Below are positions 18,688 through 32,110 of a DNA stretch of 64,000 bases, piece after piece (position 1 is the first letter of the stretch; each line of letters opens with the position of its first letter). The position numbers were made by a program, and so were the translations under genes. The notes under the pieces are model-generated. The model did not search any database. It saw nothing but the letters and a program-made list of their open reading frames with translations, and was not told the origin of the DNA. The DNA comes from the human T2T-CHM13v2.0 reference genome, Homo sapiens: assembly GCF_009914755.1 (NCBI RefSeq), contig NC_060937.1. The stretch is one strand, 5' to 3'.

Positions 18688-18827
18688 TATGTGTGTGTGT
18701 GTATATATACACACACACACACACATATACAAGCCACATATATATACACACACACATATATAAGTGTATACATATATATACATATATAAGTATATACATA
18801 GAATTGTGTGTGTACATATATATATAT
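18688..18827. repeat. compound TG/TA/CA microsatellite
   Basis: Directly visible. Confidence 0.9.
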
Positions 18828-20679
18828 GGAGCTCAAACAAGTCAATAAAAAGAAAACAGATAATCCAACTTAAAAATGGGCGTAGACCTGAATAGACATT
18901 TCTTAAATGAAGACATACAACTGGCCAATAGGTATACGAAAAAATGTTCAACATTACTAATCATCAGGGAAATGCAAATTAAAACTACAATGACATGTTA
19001 CCTTACACCTGTTGGAATTGCTATTGTGAAAAAGACAAATAAGTGTTGGTGACAATTTGGGTAAAAAGGAACACTTGCACTCTGTTGATATAAATTAGTA
19101 TAGTCATTATGCAAAAAGGATGGGAATTTCTCAAAATATTAAAAGCAGAATTACAATATAATTCATCAACCCCACTTCTTGGCGTATATCCAAAAGAAAT
19201 GAAAGCAGTCTTTTCAAGAGATGTCTGCACTTCCATTTTTACTGCAGCATTAATCACAATATCCAAGTTACGGTATCAGCACAAATATCCATCAATGGAT
19301 CAATGGATAAAGAACATGTGGTACATATACACTATGGAATATATTCAGCCATAAAAAAATGATTTTTTAAAATTTTAGACAACATGAATGAACCTAGAGA
19401 ACACTACATTAAGAGAAATAATCCAGTCACAGCAAGGCAAATACTACATAATCTCAGTCATATACGGAATCTAAAAAATTGATCTCATAGAAGTAGAGAA
19501 TAGAATGGTGGTTACTAGATGCTGGGTCAGTAGTGGGGAAGAGGTTGAGAAAATGTTGGAAAAAGATTACAAAATTTGAGTTATATAGGAGTAATAAGTT
19601 CAAGAGGTCTGTTGTACAACACGGATGACTATAGTTAAAAAGAATATATTGTATTCCTGAAACATGCTAGCAGAGTAGATTGTAAATATCCTCACAATAA
19701 AAATGGCAAACATATGAGGTAATAGATATGTAATTTTGTTTCATTTGGCTATTCTACAATGCATATATATATATTATAAAACATCATGTTGTACACCAAA
19801 AATATATACAATTTTATCTGTGAATTTTTTTAAAAATAAAAATTTTATAAAAGAAACTATAGTAGAACTCACTTGTAAAAGGCCATAGGGCTGAAGTTTT
19901 TTGTGTGTGGTGGAGAGGTGAAGTACAGAATTATTTTTCTCTAACATTTTAAATTACATAATGATAATCTTTCTTTCAAGCTTTCTGTTTCTTCTGCCAA
20001 TTTTAGCATCATATAGGTGAAGAAATGCATCTATTTTAATATGTTTTCAAATTTATGAACATAAGTTTAATACTATTTAATAGCTCTTTTAAAAATCTCA
20101 GCAGTTACTTGTACCATAAAACACTTGGATCTGAAACAGGAAAAGACATTTCTACAAAAGATGACAAGTTCAGCAGAGGCTGTGACAACATTTTATCTTT
20201 TTGTAGGGATATGTTTCAAGCTAAAGTCACATGTTTATGCTACTGAGAGGAGTCAAAAAACTCTAGTTTAACACTTTGACTTACAGCACTTGAAGGTAAA
20301 TAGTGTGACTGCAGCTATGCATAAACGACTAGAAAATCAAAGTGCATATTTTAGTAAAAGCTTCTGGTATGTTATGTGAAAAGAAGTCTATTGTTACAGT
20401 ATAAGCAAAAATATAGAATAAAATTAGGGTATATATTATATCTAAAAGAACTGTTGTAAAAAATGGCAGCTGATGGAAAGAAACAAGTGGCACCATGTAT
20501 AATGACAAGAACTGTGTAGAAAATTATTATAAAATAAAGAATATAGAATAACGGAATTGTAGATAAAATTTATCTTGTGTCTCTATGTAAAATGCTATGT
20601 ATATATCACATTTTATTTAAAAAACAAATAGACACTCAGAGACTCCCTGGACTAGAGTCCGTACTCTTTTTTTAAATAA

Positions 20680-20810
20680 TTCAAAATTTTTAATTGGTAA
20701 ATAACATTTGTACATATTTATGGGGCAAAATATGATGTTTTGATACATGAACACACACATACACTGTAGAAAAATTAAATCAAGCTAATTAACATGTCTA
20801 TTTCTTTGCC
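20680..20810 (-). mobile_element. L1MA 3'-end fragment
   Basis: TTGTACATATTTATGGGG...TGATGTTTTGATACATG...TTAAATCAAGCTAATTAACAT. Confidence 0.7.
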
Positions 20811-23424
20811 TATTCTCTTGATTCCATTTTACAGTGCTTTTACTTCTAGACCTCAGTGTTAGAAGAGCCTTTCTTGTCAACCTCGCTGTTTCATAGTGTT
20901 ATTGTTGTATGCTCCCTTAACTGTCTTGGATAGAAAGTGGTAAAGGAAAAGAAAAGTAGATCTCTGGGAAGGAACAGTAGATAGTGGGAAATATAAAAAT
21001 AGTTTACCATAAGTCCAACTATATTTTTTTATCTGGTATCATTGCCAAACCCACTTATCTTCTATTTTCTTGAGCTTTAGCTGCCTGAGGCTTGAAAGTC
21101 ACTTCTCGCAGGCTCCATAGCCCCCAGCCTAGCAGAAAAAAATCTGGAATCCTACACTTCCTGGAAGATGTTTGGCCTCAAAGTGTCATATGCTAAGTCA
21201 CTTGTCACTGCTGCCAAATCACTCTTTTGTGCACGATGCTACAACTGAACAAAAAATAAGTGTTCATTTTCTACCCTTTGGCATGGTTTTGGAATTTATA
21301 TTACCAGGTTAATTTACAGTTCTTGAATCACCTTGAAAACCTTGAAGTTGACACATATATTGTAAAAGTAGAAACTGCATAAATAATAAGGAGATTGTTA
21401 GAGAATACCTTAAGTAGTTGGCATTCTTTAGAGGGTACATACCAATGACAGGTTGGCCCAGAGAATCCACAGGGGTCATGATGAAGACCTCCAACAAACT
21501 AGAACGGTTTTCTAATTTAAATGAATACATTTCTTTACAAAAAATAATATTCTTTTATATCTCATAGCAAATATTAATTTTACATTGTGTTGCTATGTTG
21601 ATTTCTTTTTGTTTGGTTTGTATATCATATTCCAACAAGTTATGCAACCAGTTTATTTAAGTTTCTTCTATTTTGATTATTGATATGATTGTTTCTTCAA
21701 AAGAAATTAGAGAAACTATAATGATAACATCTTTGTTTTACTTTTATTCAAAAATCAAAGAGGTCTACATGATGGCTACATAGTTACTTAGACTGCATTT
21801 ACATCCAGTATGCTGCTGGTTGTCAAGTTTCTCTATATAGGATACAGTTTCCACATATATCAAGGTGTGGTGCATGATTTATAAGTCTATCCAGAAAATG
21901 TGTCATTTCTAATTTTTATATATTAAACTGGTAATTCTAAATGTAGATTTCTATAATTTTATATTTTTATATATAATTATATGTATTCCATAATATATAA
22001 TTTTATATATTCTATAATTTTATATATTAGCTAAAATTAGTAAATGAATATTAACTATGACATTCCCAATATACTTTAATTTGACATATAATACTGGCCT
22101 TTTAAATTCACTTCTAAAATAAAGCACACTTAATAAAATAATTGAAACGTAAAATACAGTGATGCCCTAAATAGAAAAATTCAATATATTTTGAACAATT
22201 AGTATAAATACCATTCAGGTTTTTTTACTTTAAAACTTTTCACTTTGAGGTATTTGAAGAGAAGAGGAACATGCTAGCTAGCCTATGTATAGCTACCATT
22301 GTTTTATGTAAATTGATCTTATATGCTATCTTAATAGTCTGTCATGGAGTGTATTTTTATTCTAAAGAAAGTAGGTAGAAAATGAATATGATTATCTCTA
22401 AAAACACAAAAAGAGCATCCTTTATATTTCTTTAGGTTGCTTTTGTTTTAGATAATTTTTTCCTACATTTGTACAATAAGATTATTCTCATTTATAGTCT
22501 TCATGTTGCTGTAGGGAGAGATCATTTATTTAAAAGGTAAAAGAATATTCTGCATAAATAGCATTACCAGAATCTTTTTATTTGTGTGCTGATTCTCAAT
22601 ATTGAAGCAAGGTGTCAGAACACAAGGAGGTATGGGTTTACTGCTTAGTTTACCCATGTTCACCTTCAAATATCTGCATGTCTGTAGAGTTCATAAAAAT
22701 TAAAGTTGTTAAGAGCATGAAATCAGTTTTTACTGCTTTATTTAGCTGTATTTAAATTAGTAAAGAATTAGATATCCAAAAACTTGAAATATGATGTGAT
22801 GAGTTACAATGCCATTCATTTGTCTTTTAGAGTGTTAGAATCACCTTTACCACTTTAATATATTTTTAAGTGCGTAAAGAAAGAAAAAATGACATCATGT
22901 CCACTTTCCTGTTTCTATTTGAAACAATGCACACACCATCCCACTTTCTTTTGCTCATTCCTGAAATGCAACATAAATATACATACATACACCCACTCCT
23001 AGCAAAGCAGCCAAATGTACTAGGCAACAGATGGGAAACCGAGAGCCCATGTGTTCACATTCCTATTATGCCAATAACTTGCTGGGTGATCTTGGGCAAA
23101 CTACATATCTTCAGCTAATTACCTTCTCTCTAAAAGAACAGAGCCATAGGGCCTGAATATTAGCTCTCAGAAGCCAAGTAATGAATTAGTCCCATCATCT
23201 TTCTTAATATGGAAAACATATTCAAATAATAAAGAGCTGGAATAGATCTTATTATTATTGCATAATCTCACTAGGTTTTCCCTGCTGTTCTGAAGGCTAT
23301 AACCAAATGCTTTGCAATACCCATAAAAAAAAAGAACTTTCTCTACTACTACAACAATAAGAAGTTTTTAAAAAGATGAATTCTCTAATGCTGATGCAGT
23401 AACAAAAGAAAAAAAGTAGATACA

Positions 23425-24050
23425 TCTAACTTCTCCAAAGAAGATGCAAAAACAGACAATAAATGCACAAAATAATTTTTGATATAATTAGTCATTAGGG
23501 AAATGAAAATCAAAACCACAATGACATTCCATTTCAATCTACTAAGATGGCTAAAATAAAAAAATACAGAAAATAACAAGAATTGGTATGGTGTGGAAAA
23601 ATTGGAACTCCACATACATTGCTAATGGGATTGTGAAACGGTGCAGTGACTCTGGAAAACAGTTTGAATGTTCTTCAAATTGTTAAACATAGAATTAGCA
23701 GATATTTCTCTAGTAGTTATGTATCCAAGAGCATTGAAAACATATGTCCACCCACAAACACATACACAAATGTTCATGACAGCATTATTTACAATGATTC
23801 CAAAATGGAAACAGCCCAAATGTTCATCAACTGACAAACAGGTAAACAAAATGTGATACATTTATACAATGGAATATTATTCCATCATACAAATGAAGTA
23901 CTGAAATATGCTACAATATAGTTAAAACCTTATAAACAGTATGTTAAGTGAAAGAAGTCAGTCATGAAATACTCCATATTATATAACCCTATTTATATAA
24001 AATGTTCAGAAAAGGCAAATCCATAGAGATAGAAAGTTGACTAACAGCAA
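23425..24050 (+). mobile_element. L1MB-like 3' fragment
   Basis: CTTCTCCAAAGAAGAT, AGGGAAATGAAAATCAAAACCACAATGA, FMTALFTMIPKWKQPKC, GGCAAATCCATAGAGATAGAAAG. Confidence 0.8.
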
Positions 24051-24659
24051 AACTGACTCAATGCTATTTGGTGTCACCTCAGTCTATCCTCATAGACTTC
24101 AATAACTGAATTACAGGAAGATGTTAAGGACTCCTAAGCTTGTTTTTCCAGAAAGAAGATCTTGAAAAAAAGGTTTTGTGCAGGTTGTTAATTTGATAAA
24201 AGTGAAACAAGTATGTACTGACAACTAATGCAAGCTTACATTACGGATCAGGTAAAACTGTAGACAACTATCCCCCAGTCCTGGTGGGAGCACACACCCC
24301 TCCCTGCCTTACATAAAGATCTATGTAAACTATAATTCAAAACTGTCTGATTGTGAGAGGAAAAGGGATAATTTATCTGCCATTACCTATTTCTCATTGA
24401 CCAAAGGTGAGCCCATTGCATGTTAACATCTTCACATGTTCAGTTACTACATACACAAGCAGCTAGCAATTCTCATGGCATCTCAGGTTGAGGCCTCAGA
24501 AAGCAAGGGATATGGGCAACAGCTGAAGTTAGGTACCGTCACATTTCACTTAATTGTAACACTATGCAGCAGTAGCTAAAGAAAAGATAGTTGAGAGACC
24601 ATAATGCTGAACATAAGGAGTATATAATACAGTCTCTAGCCCTTTGTCCCAATTATGTC

Positions 24660-24868
24660 CAGTAGTGTGCTGAAGCTGTTCATACCAGCTCATAAGAGCT
24701 GATCATATGCATGCATCTCTTGCCAACTCTGAGTCTAGTAACATCCTGTTAGTAGCTTGAGATTGGCCATGGTGGGAGTACTTACACAATGGAAATGGGC
24801 AACCACTAAAAATTAGCTTTTTTATAAATATATATATCAGAGCATTAAACACTTATCAGCACATCTCC
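24660..24868 (+). mobile_element. MER63A-like hAT-Blackjack MITE
   Basis: Termini CAGTAGTGTGCTG / CAGCACATC; internal GCTTGAGATTGGCCATGGTGGGAGTA. Confidence 0.75.
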
Positions 24869-25014
24869 TATATATCATTCTTCCTAGTTTTTTCTAACTA
24901 GACACTAGACTAGGGAAACAATGTGTTTCCTGATGCCTAGAAATAAAATACAAACTCTGCCTCCTTCTTTGACTTATTGAGACAGAAATTTGATGAATAT
25001 GAGGGGAAGCAGAC

Positions 25015-25441
25015 TGTATTAGGGTTCTCTTAGAGCGACAGAACTAATAACTATATATACATAAGGGGATTTTATTAACTGTAAACTCACATGATCACAA
25101 TGTCCCACAACAAGTTGTCTGTAACCTGAGGAGCAAGGAGAGCCACTCCGAGTCCCAAAACTGAAGAACATGGAGCCCGATGTTCAAGGACAGGAAGCAC
25201 CCAGCACGGCAGAAAGATGTAGGCTGGGAGGATAGGCCAGAATAGTTTTTTCACATTTTTCTGCCTGTTTTATATTCGCTGGTGGCCGATTAGATGGTAC
25301 CAACCCAGATTAAGGTTGGGTCTGCTTTCCCCAGCCCACTGACTCAAATGTTAATCTCTTTTGGCAACACCTTTAGACACACCCAGGACCAATATTGCAT
25401 CTTTAATCCAATCAAGTTGACTCCCAGTATTAACCATCACA
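25015..25441 (-). mobile_element. MLT2A1 3' LTR
   Basis: TGTATTAGGGTTCTCT...CAGTATTAACCATCACA; minus-strand TATAAA at 25269-25274; adjoins the PPT-like segment at 25442-25460. Confidence 0.92.
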
Positions 25442-25519
25442 AGTCCAATCCTTGTCAACTTGATCCCATAAACATCTCCTGAGATCATACATAATCTTCA
25501 AATAAAGAATAGTAAGGTC

Positions 25520-25859
<340 letters not shown>

Positions 25860-26136
25860 TTATTATTTGTACAACCAGAAATGCAACACTTTCCAACCCA
25901 AATACTATTATGTAACACTAACAATACTTAAATGTTGAGCTGATAGGAAGTTAATAAATTTTATGTCACATAATAAAGGAAAAGAAAATAAAATGAAAGT
26001 ATTTTCTTAGTATAAGTGTATATATGCACGAACATGTTATTAACAAAAAAAGGAGAAAATAGTCATGACAATTACAGTCCTCATTTCTGCAGCTGGTCAC
26101 ATGTTTGTAGCTGGTATTGATAACTACCTTCTTCTA

Positions 26137-26805
26137 CTACCCATTCTGTATTCCCTTTGCCTTCAGCAAGAAACTCAGCAGGTCATGGTTTTTTCCTGGT
26201 GAAGTGACCCAAACCTTCATTCCTGAAAGGTCTGGGCCATTTGTAGTCCTGCGTAGATTAGGCTGTTGTAGTTTCCCATTGACCTTAATCATAGGGCATG
26301 GTAATACTAAGAGATGCACTAATGGATCTCCTGTATTCCATGCATACTCTTCCTTACCTCCATTGTGGAGCAGTAGACTGAATTCATCTTGATAGTCTAG
26401 GTCAATTACCCCAGCCCACACTGTAACTCCCTTCTTAGCCTGTTGACTTAAAGATAGGAGGAGCCCAAAGTGTCCAGGTGGCAATCTTAACTTCCAGTTT
26501 AATAGAATTGTCATTGTGTTTCCTGGTGGCAGCATTCCTCCCTCTGGAACTAAGACCTCTAGGCCAGCAGAACGTAATGTCGCAGGAACAGGAAGCAAAA
26601 ATTTTGCTAGTGGATCACTAGGGGTGATGATGAGTGGTGCCACTTCCACTTCCACACCTCGATTCCTGGTCCTATGAATCCTGGCTATGGGAGAAACAGT
26701 ACCATATTTTGGACGCTGATTCAGAGCATGCATGGCCTTCTGAAGAACTTCGCCCCAGCACTGCAAAGAATTGTCACCTAGTTGGCATTGTAATTGTGAC
26801 TTCAA
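26137..26805 (-). pseudogene. HERV-L integrase C-terminus plus dUTPase (222-aa open segment)
   Basis: ALNQRPKYGTVSP (IN C-terminus), then LVPEGGMLPPG..LPPGHFGLL..AGVIDLDYQ (dUTPase), the ERV-L gene order. Confidence 0.85.
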
Positions 26806-29500
26806 AAGGCCATTCTACTATTCTATCAATCCAGGTGCTTCAGGATGATGGGGAACAGGGTAAGACCAGTGAATTCCATGAGCATGGGTCCACTGCCGCA
26901 GTTCTTTAGCTGTAAAGTGAGTGCCTTGGTCAGAGGCAATGCTGTGCGGAATACCATGACAGTGGATAAGGCATTCCATGAGTCCACAGATGGTAGTCTT
27001 GGCAGAAGCATTGCATGCAGGATAGGCAAATGCATATCTGGAGTGTCTATTCCAGTGAGGACAAACCTCTGCCCTTTCCATGATGGAAGAGGTCCAATAT
27101 AATCAACCTGCCACCAGGTAGCTGATTACCCTGAGGAATGGTGCTATATCGAGGGCTCAGTGTTGGTCTCTGCTGCTGGCAAATTGGGCACTCAGCAGTG
27201 GCCGTAGCCAGGTCAGCCTTGGTGAGTGGAAGTCCATGTTGCTGAACCCATGCATAACCTCCATCCCTGCCACCATGGCCACTTTGTTCATAGGCCGAAT
27301 GGGCAATGAAAGGGGTGGCTGGGGAAAGAGGCTGAGAGGTGTCCACAGAACAGGTCATCCTATCCACTTGGTTATTAAACTCCTCCTCCGCTGAGGTCAC
27401 CGGTTGGTGAGCACTCACGTGGGATACAAATATCTTCACAGTATTTGACCACTCAGGTTCACCTACATACCTCTTCCCCAAATTTCTTTGTCACCAATTT
27501 TCCAAGCAAGCTTCTTCCAAGTTCCTGACCATCTAGCCAAGCCATTGTCTACAGCACATGAATCAGTATATAATAGCACACCTGGCTGTTTCTCTTCCCA
27601 TGCAAAGTTCTCCACCAGGTAAACTGCTTGAAGTTCTGCCCACTGGAAAGTTCTCCCTTCACTGCTGTCCTTCAGGGATGTCCTAGAAGGGTCTGTAGTG
27701 CCGCGGATGCCCACTTTCTGGTGGAGCCTCAATATTGTGCAGAACCATCTGTTAACCAGGCCCTAGTCTTCTCTTCCTCTGTCAACTGATCATAGGGAAC
27801 TCCAGGAGACAATCAGAGCTGGCAGGGGGAGAGAAGGCAGGGTGGCAGGAGTGGAGACCATGGGCAGTTCAGCCACTTCCTCATGTAACTTACCTGTGCC
27901 TTCAGGACCTGCTCAAGCCCGGTCACGTATATACCACTTCCATTTGATGACAGAATGCAGCTGTGCACGACCCACTTTATGGCTAGATGTGTCAGAAAGC
28001 ACCCAGTTCATGACAGGCAATTCAGGTCACATGGTGACTTGATGACGGATAGTCAAATGTTCAGTTTCTACCAAAGCCCAGTAACAGGCCAAGAGCTGTC
28101 TCTCAAAAGGTGAGTAGTTATCTGCAGAAGATGGCAGGGCCTTGCTCCAAAATCCTAGAGGTCTCCGCTGTGATTCACCTATGGGAGCCTGCCAAAGGCT
28201 CCAAACAGCACCCCTATCTGCCAATGACACCTCAAACACCATTGGATCTGCTTGGTCATATGGCCCAAGTTGTAAGCAGGTTGCACAGCAGCCTGGACCT
28301 GTTGAAGAGTCTTCTCCTGTTCCGGACACCACTCAAAACTGGCAGCCTTTTGGGTCACTCAATAAATGGGATGGAGTAACACACCCAAATGAGGAATCTG
28401 TTGCCTCCAAAATCCAAATAGGCACAGTAGGTGTTGTGCCCCTTTCTTCATTGTAGGAGGGGCCAAATGCAGCAGCTTATGCTTTACCTTAGAAGGAATA
28501 TCTTGACAGAAGGAATATCCCACACCACTGGACCCCTAGAAATTTTACTGAGGTAGAAGTTCCTTGAATTTTAGTTGGATTTATTTCCATCCTCTGGCAG
28601 GCAAATGTTTCACTAACAAGTCCAGTTTGTTTGCTACTTCTTGGTCACTGGGTCCAATCAGTGTAATGTCATCAATGTACTGGACCAGTGTGATATCTTG
28701 CAGAAGCAAAAAGCGATCAAGTCCTCTCTGAATAAGATTATGACACAAAGCCGGAGAGTTGATATATCCCCAAGGTAGGACAGTAAAGGTATATTGCTGG
28801 TCTCGCCAGCTGATGGCAAATGGCTTCTGGTGGGCCTTATGGACAAGAATGGAGAAAAGGGCATTTGCCAAGTCAATGGCTGCATATCAGGTACCAGGAG
28901 GTGTGTTAATTTTCTCAGGCAATGAAACCACATCTGATGCAGCAGCTGCAATTGGAGTCACCACTTGGTTAAGCTTATGATAATCCACTGTCATTCTCTA
29001 AGATCCATCTGTCTTCTCCACAGGCCAAATGAGAGACTTGAATTGGGATGTGTTGGGAATCACCACCCCTGCATCTTTCAATTCCTTCATGGTGGTATTA
29101 ATCTCCACAATCCCTCAAGTCATGTGATATTGTTTTTGACTTACTATTTTTCTAGGTAGAGGCAGCTCTAATGACTTCCACCTCCCTTTCCCACCATGAT
29201 AGGCCTTACCCTACTAGTCAGGTAGCCAACTAGTGAGGTTCTGCCAGCTGCTAAGTAAGTCTATGCCAATTATGCATTCTGGCACTGGGGAAATGACCAA
29301 AAGATGAGTCTGGGGATGCACTGGACCCACTGTAACTCAGACCTGAGCTAAAACTCCATTAATTACCTGACCTCCATAAGTCCCTACTTTAACTGAAGGA
29401 CCACAAAGACACTTAAGGGTCCCTGGAATCAGCATCAGCTCAGACCCAGTGTCCAGTAGTCCCCAAAATGTCTGATAATTTCCCTTTCACCAATGCACAG
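26806..29500 (-). pseudogene. HERV-L pro/pol remnants (protease, RT, RNase H, integrase), frameshifted
   Basis: LLDTGSELMLIPG near 29420-29460; LPWGYINSP and YIDD in 28581-28871; WAELQAV..YTDS; SGHGG..ECPICQQ; IASDQGTHFTA. Confidence 0.9.
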
Positions 29501-29559
29501 TTACCCTGGTAAAAGACCAGAGGTGTCCTCAGGGAAGGATGAGAGAAAGATTAACTGCA

Positions 29560-31243
29560 TAAATTGTCAGTAATGTAGTGGGGTCTTTCCTCAAGGTAAC
29601 CTGGCCTCCCCTTCATTCAGGGGGTTCTGAGTCTGTAAACTGGCTCAAGTCTGGAAATTCATTAAGGGGCCATGATTCTCTGTTTTTATAATTCAAATTA
29701 GTCTTTTGTCCATTTGACATAGAAGTTTGCTATTTGTATCATTTAAGTAGGAATGCAATAGGTTTCCTATTGATTTCACTTCTAGAAACACCACGATTAA
29801 TTAGCTAATGCCAGAGCTCTACACAAGGCAGACTATTCTGATTGCAGCTTTGCCTCTGCTCTCCATAATCTCCATTTGCCCCATAATCTCTATTATGGTA
29901 GCTACGCCCACCTTGAGTGACTGCAGTTCCCACTATTAGATCTCACATACAGAGAAGAGCAATTACAGGACCCTTCAAAGGTGCAGGTGCTCTCCAAATC
30001 AATTTCACAAAGTATTGGTCAAGGGTATATCTTCTGGACCTTCCCAGCTGGGATGAACAGGCCTAAAGTGACTAACACCCTCCCAATCTCTCTAAGCCTT
30101 TGGATCCCTTCCTCTACAGTAAACCAAAGGAGATCAGACATTTCCAGCTCACTCACAGTGGGCCATCTTTTAATCCACATTTCAGCTAACCAAGCAAAAG
30201 AACTATCAGAACCTCTTTTAACTCAATGAGCTGCAACATTGAATGCAGGGTCCCTACTTGGTGGGCCCAAATCAATAAATTCAGCCTGCTCCAACTTTAT
30301 GTTCCTTCCACCATTATCCCACACCCTTAATATCCATTCCCATGCCTGTTCTCCAGATTTCTGTTTATATAAATTAGAAAACTCAAACAGTTCTTTTTGA
30401 GTGTAGCACACCTCCTCGTAGGTCACACTCTCAACCTCACCTCTAGGGGCCTACCGGGACTTTACTCTAGTTATAGGTCTAAAAGCAAACAGAGGTGTTG
30501 GGGGTGGATTCTGAGGAGAATCAACATTATATTGCCTGACAACTGCCTCATTGGAGGCCATCACCGTTGCCCAAGGCAACACAAAGTTTATCTCCTCAGG
30601 CAAAGGCGGAAAGGTGATGGCAGCATGGGTCAGGAGGGGATGCTGCCACCACTGGGGATGGGGAAGCTGTTCCTTCTGGCAAAAAAGTTTCATCAGAGTT
30701 TACAAACTCAGTGTCCTCAGCTTCATCAGAGTCCTCCAACATGTCCCCAGTCCAAGTTACAGGGTCCCATTCTTTTCCAATCAATGCCCTCACTTTAACA
30801 GTAGACACCTGGCGAGGCTGTGCATGCATCTTTTGTTGCAGGTTAGCCACTCACATAATAAGAGTTTGTGTCTGTTTTTCCACAATTTCAGCTCTTTCTC
30901 TACAGAAGATAAAACTCTTACTCAGGGCAATCTTAGCAGGTTTGAGGCTCAGTATCTGTTTCTGAAGTGGGGAGTTAGAATCCCTGAGTTCATCATTTTC
31001 TTTCGTCACTTTGTCCACTGAACTTAGGAGCAATCAACTAGCTTCATTATGTTCCTTTGTTCTCCACATATGGTCAAAGGTATTATGTATAGAGTCACTA
31101 AACTCCTTTCCTCTCATGAGTGGTGAATCAGGAGTGCCAAATGCATTTATTTTGCATAACTCTCTAAATGATTTCTGCCACGGACTACCAGTGTTCCCCA
31201 TACTATTAGAAGTAGAGTCCTTAGCATTTTCAGGTCTAATCAT
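29560..31243 (-). pseudogene. HERV-L gag remnant
   Basis: MIRPENAKDST.., VKVRALIGKEWDP, QKSGEQAWEWILRVWDNGGRNIKL fragments. Confidence 0.85.
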
Positions 31244-31311
31244 ATTAAGAAGCCAACTCCAGAAACCCTAAAACCAATGAAAGAACTCCATCCTTAATAT
31301 TCTGTTCCTCT

Positions 31312-31332
31312 GGAACCACTCCTGATAACCAA
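31312..31332 (-). promoter_or_regulatory. HERV-L primer-binding site (tRNA-Leu-type)
   Basis: Minus-strand TGGTTATCAGGAGTGGTTCC just downstream of the 5' LTR, a degenerate TGGTACCAGGAGTGG. Confidence 0.7.
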
Positions 31333-31336
31333 AATC

Positions 31337-31784
31337 TGTATTAGTCAGGGTTTTCCTAGAGAAACAAAACTAATATTTTATATATATATATGTGTATATA
31401 TATATATATGGGAGTTTATTAAGTATTAACTTACATGATCACAAGGTCCTAAAAGGTTGTCTGAAAGCTGAGGAGCAAGGAAAGCCAGTTCGAGTCCCAA
31501 AACTGAAGAACCTGGAGTCCAATATTCAAGGGTAGGAAACATCCAGCACGGGAGAAAGATGTAGGCTGGGAGGCCAGGACCATTAGCAGCTTCACGTTTT
31601 TCTGCCTGCTTTATATTTGCTGGCAGCTGATTAGGTGGTGCCCATCTGATTAAGGGTGGGTTTGCCTTCCCCAGGCCACTGACTCAAATGTTAATCTCCT
31701 TTGGCAACATCCTCACAGACACACCCAGGATCAATATTGCATCCTTCAATCCAATCAAGTTGACACTCAGTATTAACCATCACA
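31337..31784 (-). mobile_element. MLT2A1 5' LTR (proviral promoter)
   Basis: TGTATTAGTCAGGG...TATTAACCATCACA; minus-strand TATAAA at 31610-31615; internal (TA)n. Confidence 0.93.
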
Positions 31785-31949
31785 CAGACTATTGAAGTAT
31801 ATATGAATAACAACAAAGAACTTGATACATCTGTAAAGTTTACTTTTATATGTCATGGTTACATTTTTGGCTATTCTACTCTGAATTTAAGACATATATA
31901 ACACTATTTAAAAGGAAATAATATCCATAGAATGCCAAGTATATACAAG

Positions 31950-32110
31950 CCACTGTGATAGACCCTTTACATAAGTCTGCCTTCAACTAGTGGTTCTCAT
32001 GATGATGCAATGAGATCAGTAATTTTTATTATTCCAATTTTACCAGTGAAGAAACTAAGAATCTGAGAGATTTAGCAATTTGTCCAAGGTAAGAGAGTTG
32101 GAAGTTATTT
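31950..32110 (-). mobile_element. MIR fragment
   Basis: TATTATTCCAATTTTACCAGTGAAGAAACTAAG...AGAGATTTAGCAATTTGTCCAAGGT. Confidence 0.65.

Larger units (their letters stand above)
16948..19852 (+). mobile_element. 5'-truncated L1MA (L1MA6/7-like)
   Basis: 3' half of ORF2 plus L1MA-type 3'UTR (AATAAGTTCAAGAGGTCT...AAAACATCATGTTGTACACC); 15-bp TSD GAAA[G/C]TATAGTAGAA at 16933-16947 and 19853-19867. Confidence 0.88.

Noticed and set aside
21905-22030. Regularly spaced repeat array
   Set aside because: Degenerate TTCTATAATTTTATAT low-complexity sequence with no constant repeat-spacer structure.
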